Source: Sphagnum compactum (taxonomy: Eukaryota). Taken from it: a stretch of 64,000 nucleotides of DNA. Position 1 is the first letter of the stretch. The number at the start of each line of letters is the position of its first letter. Where the stretch lies: contig OZ234494.1 of the NCBI GenBank assembly GCA_965153455.1, forward strand, positions 8,432,001 to 8,496,000, in the 5' to 3' direction. Of this stretch, positions 1 to 11,100 are shown one piece after another. The notes under the pieces were generated by a model that was not told the DNA's origin, searched no databases, and saw only the letters and a list, made by a program, of their open reading frames with translations. The position numbers were made by a program, and so were the translations under genes.

Positions 1-80
1 TTTGCATTAAAAATTATGAGAAAAAACTTTGAATTACAAAATTTACCAGTTTTGATTCACCTTAGTGTGCAATCACCCTA

Positions 81-223
81 AAATGTGAATTTCACTATGT
101 AAATTATATCCCTGTGTAGATTATATCAGGTAGAATTACTAGAAAACTCACCATGCAAATTATCATGAATAAAGTTATTTCACATGTTCAATGTAACTAT
201 CCTCAACCTTCAACATTCCAATA
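81..223 (-). repeat. Copia 3' LTR remnant
   Basis: Homologous to 3825-3938, with about 30 bp of extra sequence before the terminal ttccaata (216-223). Bases 1-80 do not match the 5' LTR. Confidence 0.8.
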
Positions 224-232
224 CTCCCACTC
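224..232 (-). other. Copia polypurine tract (GAGTGGGAG)
   Basis: Purine run directly abutting the 3' LTR. A second similar copy (AAGTGGGAG) lies at 269-277. Confidence 0.75.
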
Positions 233-275
233 ATTGAACATGTAAAGTACTCAAGACACAAAGAATTACTCCCAC

Positions 276-3141
276 TTATTGAGCACTTGGAACAAGACCA
301 AGAAGATTACGAAAGCGCTGAAACTTTTCTGTTGGAAAGGGCTTCGTCGTAATATCAGCATACTGATCTTGACTAGGTACATAAGTAGTAAGAATTAAAC
401 TTGTGATTGGACTCAAACTCTCGAAGGAAATGGAACTGCACATCGACATGCTTTGTCCGCTTATGGAACTCTGGATTTTTTACCATGCGAATGGCAGCTT
501 GATTGTCATAGAAACGAAATGTAAGAACGTGTTGAGGAATCTCCAAGTCTTTTAGTAAACGACGAAGCCAAACAACTTCCTTTGTTGTGAGACAGGCATT
601 AATGTACTCGGATTCTGTTGTGCTGCTAGATGTGCAAGTTTGCTTACGACTCAACCATGTAATGGGGCCATTGTTAATTTTCTTTCTTGCGGAGAAGAAA
701 ATCAGAGAGGCATCCTGATGTCACTCACTCTGGTGTCAAAGGTGAGATTTTCATAAGCTTCAGATTTTTGAGGACTGATATCACCACCTTACGGGAAATG
801 GAACAAGACACCCACTACAGGTGTATATCCATAGCATAGTTTGCATCTGAATATGCAAAAAGCTTGTTGACTCCATCAGAGCTTGGAATATAAGGCTGAT
901 ATGTTGCGGTCCCCTTAAGATATCGCATGATTCGACGAACAACAGTACAATGAATCCGTTTCGGGCTCTGTGAATATTTTGAAACAATCCCAATAGCATA
1001 AGAAATATCAGGACGAGTACCAACCATGGCAAACATCAAGCAACCCACCATCTCTTGGTATGGGAAATCAGCTTCAACTTCTTGATCTGCATTAAATGTT
1101 GAATGTAGCTGAACATTGGGATCTGCTGGAGTTGATACTGGATGACAATGACCATAGCCAAAACGATGGACAATATGAAAAATATATCTTGTTTGATCAA
1201 GATACAAAGTACGATTGACTCGATCTCTTGTAATCCGTAAACCAACATAGCATCCTGCTTCACCAAAAGTGATATCAAACTCCTCTTGAAGATCTGAAAT
1301 TATGTTCATGAATTTGGAAGGATTTGTGCAACCTCCAAGACCATCATCAACAAAAATAAGAATCATCAATTTGGGAGAAGAATGTTCACAATACAAGCAA
1401 GGATGGTCGTCAGAAACCTCAGATTACGATCTGTCAAAAACTTGTGAAAGCGAGGATTCCATGCTCGAGAAGCTTGCCACAAGCGACATAAACTCTTGAG
1501 TAGTTTACAGACTTTATTCGTAGATTCAGGAACTTGAAATCCGCGTGGCTGCTCCATATAAATCTCTTCAGATAGAGCACCATGTAAAAAGGCAGTTTTG
1601 ATGTCGAATTGGATCAAGTCCATATTCTCTGCAGCAGCTGTGGCCAAAATTGCACGAATAGATTCAAAACGTGCTGTAGGAGCAAATGTCTCTGCAAAAT
1701 CAATTCCAGGCTTCTGAAAAACGGTCCTTTCCCACCAAACGCGCCTTGTATTGTTGAAGAGTGCCGTCAACTGTGGTTTTCACTTTGTAAACCCATTTAC
1801 TCTTCACAGCTTTTCGCCAAGGTGGAAGATCAGCAAGAATCCAAGTATGATTTTTCATTAGCGAATCATACTACTCAGCCATTTCTTTCTGTCATTCTAT
1901 TTGTTCCAGTGAAGACATGGCTTGATCATAAGACTCAGGTTCAATTGGTAGATCTTCAAAACTTTCAGTCGCACCAAGAAACGAAGGATGAGTATCCTTG
2001 ATTTGTGCCCATTCTCCACAGTGGTTAGGAGGACGTCTGGTACGATTAGCTGCGTGAATCACATAAGGTTGAACCAAATCTCTGACTATATCATCATCAG
2101 AATTAACAGGGACAGAAACAGGAGCCTCTATTCCTACATCAAATTGTTAAGTATGCATAGAAGATGTAATCTCAGGAACTGGCCTTAAAATGTTTGTAGT
2201 TTGTAATTGACCATCTCCCACTGCTTCTTGTGGTGTAACTCGACTGCTTCTTGTTGTAGAGGTATTCCCGCGACTGCTGTGATTGGTTCTTCAAGTGCTT
2301 CATGTTGCAGAAGAACTGTTGCCACTTGTGGTTCTCTGACTGCGCTCTCCATCACTTCTTCTTGTTGACGAAACATTCCAACTGATGGAGGAATAGAAAA
2401 ATCCAAATAGGATGCATCTGGTAATTGATATGAAAGATTTTTTTGAAGAAAAACTTGAAATAGTTGAAAAATCATCTTCATTGAAAAGAACACCTCGGCT
2501 AATGACAACACGCCTGCCTTGAAAATCCCAGAGCCTATAGGCTTTAGATTCAGTGCAATAACCGATGAACATGCATAGCTTACCTTTGGCATCCAATTTG
2601 GTGCGCAAAGTTTTGGAATATGCATGTATGCTGGAGAACCAAATATGCGAAAATGCGAAACACCTGGTCTCCGTCCACGCCAAGCTTGTAACGGTGTGAT
2701 GTTATCAAGAGTGCGTGTACCAACTATGTTAAGAGTGTAAATAGCAGTGGAAATTACTTTAGCCCAAAATTCTTGCGGAATGGACTTTGCATGAAGCATT
2801 GATCGTACGCTCTCAATAATCGTTCGATTTTCGCGTTTTGTAATAGCATTTTGCTCAGGGGTATATGGAGCAGTCATCTCGTGATGAATACCTTCACGAT
2901 CCAGATAAGCTATGAAATTTTTAGATATAAATTCACAACCACGATCTGATCGAAACTTAAGAGTCTTATTCTTAGTTTCTCGTTCAGATCCTTGCTACAT
3001 GCATCGAAAATATGAATAGGCTTCACTCTTAGCCTTGATGCAATAAACAATTCGATAAGAACTGTAATCATCTTTTAAAAGCAAGAAATATCTGGATCCT
3101 CCTAATGAAGGAATAGAAATTGGACCGCAAATATCTGCATG
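276..3141 (-). pseudogene. Copia pol remnant (integrase core, reverse transcriptase, RNase H)
   Basis: ORF fragments 2185-2877, 2300-2683, 1366-1770, 815-1396 and 373-654 carry rve, RVT_2 and RNase H motifs. The C-terminal QYADITTKP...FQRFRNLLGL ends at a stop near 276. Confidence 0.9.
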
Positions 3142-3527
3142 ATAAAAGCTATTGCAGTTTCATTTTCTTGCATTCGGCAACTGTAAAACTTTTCTTGAAC
3201 ACGAACAACATTTTCTTTTGTTGTTTGTTCATGTAACATGATTAAATGAAACCACATGTCAGCAGCTAACGTACAACTTACAAGTTGTGCAACGTGTTCT
3301 TCATCAACTGACTGCAAAATGTTATAACAAGCGATGTCATTTCTTTTCTGCCAAGAAGCTTTGGGAACTTCTTCTTCTTCTGGTTTTCTTTCTGAACCAT
3401 TAATGATTGGCCAACATTCCTTCGCTTTGAAGTAGTAGACCATTTGAAATTTCCATATGGAAAAATTAGCACTCGTGAGCTTTCGGAACTGTAGTAAATC
3501 TTTCAAAGAATCAGAATGCAATTCCAT
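3142..3527 (-). pseudogene. Copia gag N-terminal fragment
   Basis: MELHSDSLKDLLQFRKLTSANFSIWKFQM...W...A...IL..V...A.DMW..L, typical of Copia gag. It runs directly into the integrase core. Confidence 0.85.
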
Positions 3528-3569
3528 TTTGCCTTGCAAAAAAAATCTACACTGCGACTATAGCGATCG

Positions 3570-3582
3570 TGGGCCCATAACC
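3570..3582 (-). other. Primer-binding site GGTTATGGGCCCA (internal/half tRNA-iMet type)
   Basis: Directly follows the 5' LTR end on the minus strand and is complementary to the anticodon-arm region of initiator tRNA-Met. Confidence 0.8.
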
Positions 3583-3938
3583 TATTGGATTTATGCAATC
3601 CCGAAACAAATAAGTAACAAACATTATGCTTTCAATAACTCGAACATGTCTTTAAAAGCTTTGCAACATGCAGGAATCATATGGTATCATAGCAGCATTA
3701 ACCAGCATATTCATTACAGAGAATACAAGCGTACAAAATCATCAGAACAACATTGTGAACCAGTGCTTAAAATATGTTCGTGTAAGAAACTAATAAGCTG
3801 GAAAATTAAAATTCAAAAACTATGAAACGTGAATATCACTATGTAGATTATATCACTGTGTAGATTATGTCCGATAGAATTACTAGAAAACTCACCATGC
3901 AAATTATCATGAATAAAGTTACTTCACATCTTCCAATA
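3583..3938 (-). repeat. Copia 5' LTR (356 bp), termini TATTGGA...TCCAATA
   Basis: Bounded by the PBS on one side and by the end of homology with the 3' LTR on the other. It has a 7-bp terminal inverted repeat. Confidence 0.82.
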
Positions 3939-4525
3939 TGGTGTTGTCCAATGCAACGTGGATGGCAATAGTGGTCATGCTTTGTGCAGTCTCACTCAAA
4001 TGCTACACAAAGGATTTCAATGGTACGGGGCGATTCACAGTGTTCTGTGTCATTGTGGCACAAATGGCAATGGTTGAATATGTACTACCTCTCAAAACTA
4101 CTACTCACAGATTGTGATCAGGGTAGTGGTAGCTGAAAATGCCTCTTTTGCTATTTTTCGCATCTTTCACCTATTCTGTCTCCTAATCTTGGTGCCTTGC
4201 ACCAACAACACACCCATTCCCATTGATGATACCCAGGAAAAACCTTTTTCAGATTATGAACCTCTGGCTGGAAAACAAGAGGTTTGCCCAGAGCGCAAGA
4301 GCAATATCATTTCCTTTTTGTTGTTTGACTGGATGACCCCATTGATGAGATTAGGCTATAAGAGGCTATTGAGGACAAGGATATTTGGCAGCTTGATACT
4401 TGGGATAAAACAGGAATTCTTTACTCAAATTTTCAACAATACTGGCATGAATAACAGACAAGACCTAACCCATGGCTCCTATGTGCTTTGACCATAAGCT
4501 TGGGTGCTCAGTTTTGGCTAGGTTT
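3939..4525 (+). pseudogene. ABC transporter C family (MRP1/2-like, ABCC) fragment covering the TMD0 end and L0 linker; frameshifted, no visible introns
   Basis: Across frameshifts it reads DYEPLAGKQEVCPERKSNIISFLLFDWMTPLMRLGYKR...KDIWQLDTWDKT..LYSNFQQYW...PWLLCAL...SLGAQFWLG. This matches the plant ABCC1/2 pattern CPER.ANIFS..FFSWM.PLM..GYKRPL..KDVW.LDTWD. Confidence 0.85.
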
Positions 4526-7500
4526 TGGATAAATCACCGATTTGTAATTAGATTGGGGCACACCTCTATACAAGCCTCATTACTCTAGAGCACCTTCTGT
4601 CAACCTTGTGACAACGTTTACAAGTGGCAGACCCAGTTATAAACATTTGCTGAAGTGTAGAAAGATTGTCATAAGGTAGATGGTGGTGGATGATTTAAAA
4701 CTTGTAAAGATTAATTCAGCTATCCAAACTTCTGACAATATTTTGAGATGAGAAATTATCTTCTTGAGCATTATGAACTTCTCCATTTTAAAATTGAACT
4801 CAACCTGAATAAAATTCAGAGATGGCTCAACAATAGAGATTTCATATGCAACAACATATCAGTGACCAAGGAGAAAAAACAGAAAAAGGACCCAACCATG
4901 AAAAAGGATAACAACTCACAAATGATCAAACATCAGTCCAACATTATGTTTGAAATGAGTCAAACCACCCCACACGAATGTGAACTGATCTTCAATTGCA
5001 ATGTTCACTTATAACCTAAACCAAACACAACTGGACAAAAGGATAACTCCTCCTCTAACTTTGCCCTCCTACGTCTTTCCTGGTCTGGTAGCAATTGGGA
5101 CTCCCAAGATAGATATTTCTCGAATTTCAAAGGTACTGTTGCTTATGTTTCTTGTCATTGCACATGTCTGCATAATGTGAACCACATATCACGCAGCTTG
5201 TGAAAACTTCTGAGTAGAAGATTAGGGTTGCTTTCCATCCAGCACTCCACATGTCAGATCCCACATAATGTTGTTTGGTTGCAGGCACATGAAGATACAT
5301 GCATGAAATGCCATCTCGCAGAAAACGGATCTGCAGTCTCCCACATCTCCATAAAGATTTGTTTTCTTCAAATTTAGCCTTTCCAACCACAAGTAGAAAC
5401 CTTATCTTTAGAAGTTTGTGACAAAAAAGTCCTCATATCTGATGTACTAGTGCGTCTTCAAACCTTCAGTCATGTGTTCAACCTGTAAATCATGGATCAG
5501 AGGAACTCCATTCATTACTTTGGAACCTCTGCAAAATCAAGTGGGCCCAATGACAACAAGAAAACCCAGCCACTAGCCTGACTAATGGCTAACTACCGTA
5601 ATGCTTTTAATGCATTGAAATTCTGGTTTAATGGGATTGCTACTGCAAAATGTATTGTCATACCATTAATGTTAAATGTTATTTTTCTAATATGTTAATT
5701 TCATAATTTTTTGGACCTAGTCCTTTCATAATTTCACATACTTGTTTACTTTTGTTAATTATTAAGTACAATAAGTTGTAACTACATATTGATATAAGAT
5801 GTAATGTGCATTGTATTGCAAATATACATGTATATTTATTAATTTGTAAATGTATGAGGAATTGATCAAAAGATTATTTGTTGCCTAAATTCACATCGAG
5901 TTTTTTAAATATTTGAGTTCTTAGTTCACAACAAGTTAACTTATGATCATGTTCATCTAAAAGTTATAATATTTTGTGCAATTCATTAGAAGCTTGGGAA
6001 ATTGAAATCAAAAAATTGTTTAATTTTTATGTGTTGATTTATGTTGATGTATTTGTACATTATGAAACTCGCTTTTTAAAATTGTTTGATATGTTGTCAA
6101 ATATTTATCAACAAAAATTTTAATGTCATCATTTGAAAAATATCAAATTGTGAGATTTTTTTTTATCGTGACAGTTCATGATTGTGGGCTAATCATTCCA
6201 GTTGAAATTCAGTAATGAACAATAATCCTCAATTTTATTGAATAAAATACGTGTTCTAAGGGAACTTGTGAAAATTGTTCATCCTATGTTTATAATAACA
6301 TACACAATCAATAAAATGGTTTAAAACAAATGTTTGATAAATTGTCATTCACATTATAATGTTTCATTAAAACATGTTGATTTTGTAATAAAATCTAACG
6401 TTTTTGTAAGTGTAAACTAATTGCTAACACATGTTGTGGATTTTTTTAAAAATCAATGGTCCTAATTGTTGAACTATTGCAAAAACATTTTGCAAAGATG
6501 ACCTAAATAATATGAAAATGTTCTTATACATCCAAGTTCCTTATAATCTAAATTAGATTCCAATATTTTGTCAAAATTAACATTTTTAAACATATATCAT
6601 TAGTTATTAAAACATGACCTAATAGTTTTACTTTTTAAATACAAATCTGTGTTGGAGATCATATAAAATGAATCAAGAATTTAATTGTTTTGAAAAATAT
6701 TTTAGTTTTGTAATAAAATAAAATAAATTGTTAACATTACTTAGTTCTACTTGTACAATTTTTTGTAGTAACATGTAAACGATAGTCTTGAATGTCTAGA
6801 AAACAATGTTGGAAGATTATAATTTTTTTAGAATATATATCACGAAATAATCCCAAAGGTCAAAATCCTTCCCTTGGTGAGAATGTTAATGATTTACTAT
6901 CATCATCAATAATATGTTGACCATCTTAAAACGTTATATACTAATGTGTATATAGATATATTCTTCTTTAAAACTTCTTCAAATGTGTTTGAATTTGTTG
7001 AATAAAAAATATAGTTGTGTGTGCTTGCATATCATTATTTTGACTTGAGTTCACAATCTGTCAAATCTTGTGTGTTTGGTTTTATGAAAACTTTCACATC
7101 TATGTACAAAGGGCTACAAGAGGTGTTCCATGATTCTGTGGGTGGTATAGATAGTGCCACTTTCATTTGTTTGCATGTGTAGGAAGGAAAGTTGGTTGGT
7201 TTTGCTTCTATTTTGCTTCAGTTTTCAACCATTGGTCTAGATTGCCAAAGCTTCAAACTATGCTCCTCCAATCTTTATCTTCTTCTAATTCACCACTTCT
7301 CTCTTGGGCTATCAAAAGCCAAATTACAATTTATTTTTTCCAATAGGCAACATGGCCAATGTTAATTTTGTTAGGAAAATGTTGTTCTAAAGCCAAATTT
7401 CAATTGCAAAATTTGTGAACGAGGCCAAATCATGCCCAACCTTTGGAAGTAGTTCTTGCAATTTTCCACCATGTGTAAGATGGGTTTACTAGAGAGCATG

Positions 7501-8139
7501 ATTAAGGATTAGGGATTTGCCAATGAGCACTTCTACACAGTTGATGTTGCCACAACTAGAGGAACCATTCAGATGGCTTGCAACCATCAATTGACAGCCA
7601 CAACACTTCTACAGTAGGGAGTTCATGGCTATGCCTACATGTACGCACTCCATTATAGTACTTCTACAATAGGGGTTGATGGCCATGTGCCATGTACCCA
7701 CACCATTGTAAGTCTCCTTGCTCACCACAGAGCTCCTCAAGTACACCATCAACTGCCCTCTTCACTCCAAGGGTTGATGCAAGGTAGTTGAAGGATTTTC
7801 TCTGCTTGAATTTGGTTCTTGAAGAGAGTGGGCAACATTTGAAGATGGAATTTCTTTTTATGGGAGTGGGAAGTGGAGCTAGTTGCCATCGCTTTGCCCC
7901 CAAATTTCCAAACGGCTCACCATATAGTCGCTAATTGAAGAGCACAGTAGCCATGTCATTCACCCAGAAAAAATCAAAATAAAACATCAAGATTCTGCAC
8001 TACTCCCAAAAATACTGGAGCCATCCCATGTTGATGGTTTTCCAAAAAGAGAAGCCTTGTTCTGAATTGCTAAAAGCTTCAAACAGTAGAATAAAGGTGT
8101 GCAAAGCAAATCAGAGCTGTGGGGTACAAGCAGGAAAGA

Positions 8140-11100
8140 TCAAAATTTGATGGACTTCATGCTAAGTAATATTGAATTGCAACAGTCCTTGATACCAACT
8201 AGACTCTCTCGCTGGCTCCTCACAATACCACTCACTAACACCTCACGATCCCACATCAGTGGTGATGTCATCACTGTCCTATCTATACCATTAGCCAAAG
8301 CACTGAGTACATGCCCAGGTCCATGGGCCTCATCAGTCTCCACACATGAAAGCAGTGCAGCAACTTGACCCTTCTCTGGTCTGTCAAGGTATGCAGTCAC
8401 TAGTGAGTGACACTTCTCCAATTGAGAGCAAAAAGAGATTATAGCACCATGAAGTGCCTCAATTACATGGATCAAATCAAAATCAATGTGCTGCTCGGGT
8501 TGCTTCTTCTTCTTGCTCACAGGCTGCAGCCGCTTGGCCCATACTTGTAAGCACAACCCAAACCAAGCAAACACCTCACTGCTCAGCTTCACCAGTTTAG
8601 ATAGTGCCATATTTGGTGCAAGTACAGCTGTGCTCACAGTCCAGGCAGTGCCTACTTCATCAAGGGCAGCCTCCAGAAGTTTGTTAACTACTGCTAGTGC
8701 ATCAGAAAATCCAGTCTCCAAAGAGTGAGATGCAGGTGGCAGCCTTAAAGGTAGCTGTGTTGCTGTCCAGAAGATAGCTAGTGTGAGAATATCCCCTGTT
8801 TCCACATGCCACTCATTCTCCTGCAATGTTGTTTACAATATTCAAAACTTACTGTTCAAAAGCACATCTTTACCCAGAGAGAAACAAAATGCACATCAGC
8901 TTTAACACTACATAGATCAAGAACATCATCATACAATCTGCACTAAAATGGGCTGTCAAGAGCATATGACCTTGAGATTCAGTGAGGCTGCCCTGTTGGA
9001 GAGCCAGTTGCCAATATTCTCTTCAAATATTCCAAGAGATTTCATGTAGTTTCCAAGGAGCTGCTTCAACTCCCTAAGCACGACATGGTCAGCTTCTCTA
9101 CCAGGGGTGACAACTGTGATTGCAAGCTGCAGGAGCCTGGGAAGAAGACACCTCACCTTGAGTGCCTTCTTCCATCGAACCTCTCGCCTCAGTTGATCTT
9201 CCTGCACATAAACACAGTGCATTCAAGCATGAACTAATCTGTAACTGAATCATGGATCATCATTGAGAATATGGAGTACATTGAGAAATTCACATGTCCA
9301 CCTGACACATTCCTCCATCCATGTCTATATTGATCCATCTGTTTCAAAAGTTGGAACTCAGGAGATGCCAAATACCTCACTTCCTTCATGCCTTTGGTCT
9401 CCATCTTCACTGAAAGTGTTTGATGAGCCTGGATTAGCACCAACCACCAGGAGAGTATTTTCAGAACCCATGATAATGTACTACCGAGTCTTTTCAGTTG
9501 AGGAAGTTGAGGAAGCAATGGGGCACCTGTCAAGAGACATTCATCTGGAGCAGGAGACCACCAAGGTCGTGTTTGCAAATCCTCATTGAATGACACAGCC
9601 CCAAGTTGGGTGTCAGTTACCCACTCCAGAGCAACCTGTCCCCCTTTCACACTTGATAGGGCACTCTGAAAGCCAAAGCCCCATTTTAAGTAAGAAAACA
9701 AAGCACTTGCTGCCAGTTGCCCTGAAAGAGATAACTAGAACAACAAGAGATTGAAAAAGTTCCACTGCTCCTAAACAAGAGGCAGCTAATCAAGTTTGGC
9801 ATGTCATATGTGCTGTGACTCCACAAAAGTAAACAAACTGAAATTACTGCTCACTGGATGTCACTTGTAGTGGGTACAAAGGTAGTGAACAAGATCATAC
9901 CTCAAACTCCTCAAGTTTGTTAGCCTTCCGTTTCAGAGACAACATTATGGACTCAATCCGCACCACCAGATGTTGAAAAGACCTCTCCAGCCGTCCCTTG
10001 AAAGCCACAAACTCCAAGACCTGCCATCACAGGAGTCCATGCACATCCTATCAGACACCATTTGCAAGCCCTGAAACTGACAACTGTCCCCGAGTGTGCA
10101 GCTAAGCCAGCTCTGATCAGAACCATATTCAGAACCCATCTTGTCAGTTCCTCAGACTGTCTCCCAGTAATGACTAACTTCATGAGGACTAATGTACACC
10201 CATGAAGAAGAGAGCCCTACTTTTGAATAGGTGTTGTGGCGATAAGCAAGGATGATAAGGTCAGCAGCTTCTCGCTGATAGTCCCCATGAAACTTGGAGA
10301 TTTCTTGCAACATATTGTCAAGATTGTCCCAATCCATTGATGCAACCAAGCCTGGAAACATGTGGTGTGACATTGACTCCAAAAGAATGTATTTTACATC
10401 CACGCTCCTATACCTGTGTCCTCATGCACAATAAACCTTCTCAGAAGAAAAGCCAGCACCCAACTGCTTTGAACAACAAAATACTGCAAGACTCTTGACA
10501 ACCAAGCCTTATTAAAGGAAACCTGAAAGAGTTTCAAACAGAGCATGAAATAAAGAGTTTTCTGAATGTTACCAAGATATTCATGACATCAATAAGGTAG
10601 ACAAGGTAAGAATCTGTCTGCTTGGAGATTCACCTGTCCCATGCAGGCTTGAATGCTGACAAAAACAGGTAAAGGTTGACAAGCAGGAGCTTGTATTGTG
10701 CATTATATCTGCAAAACATAAACAATGACCATTAGCTTCCATATAGCACCAAACCAAGACAGATCCGATGTCTAAGGGACCTACTACCAGCAGAAGCTTT
10801 CTTCCTGAATTCCAGAAGAAATACGTGACTAGGAGATCCATACTTGACTCTCAGTCATACTATCAATCTCAGATAACATGTGGACCTTCGCATTGCTAGC
10901 CCAAACTCAAGCACCAAAATTGCCTCCAAGATGTAGCCAAGTTGTTGTGTCCGCAAGTAAAGCTGCATGATGTCACCAATCATTTCAGAAGCTTAAAGTG
11001 GTACTCAAATGACTAAAATGCATGACAGAAATGAGACTCATACAAGATTTGTACAATCATACATGCAGGTCTTCTGATCATGCAATACCTGTATCAAAAG

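Larger units (their letters stand above)
81..3938 (-). mobile_element. Decayed Ty1/Copia LTR retrotransposon (3' LTR truncated on the left; internal deletion)
   Basis: Minus-strand order is gag, integrase, RT, RNase H. Motifs: HADICGP...GGSRYFLLLKDDYS, TAPYTPEQN, FAETFAPTARFESIR, QFDIKTAFLHG, IFVDDGL, YSDANYA, SRKQTC...STTESEY, HKRTKHVDVQFH. A ~105-bp LTR segment is shared by 81-185 and 3825-3929, and both copies end in ttccaata. PBS and PPT are present. Many frameshifts and stops. Confidence 0.93.

Noticed and set aside
5040-5560. GC-balanced stretch with coding-like fragments
   Set aside because: No frame gave a recognisable protein, and no consistent splice model was found.
7520-7710. Three recurrences of acttctaca downstream of NAA25
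   Set aside because: Short degenerate duplication with no consistent period or open frame.
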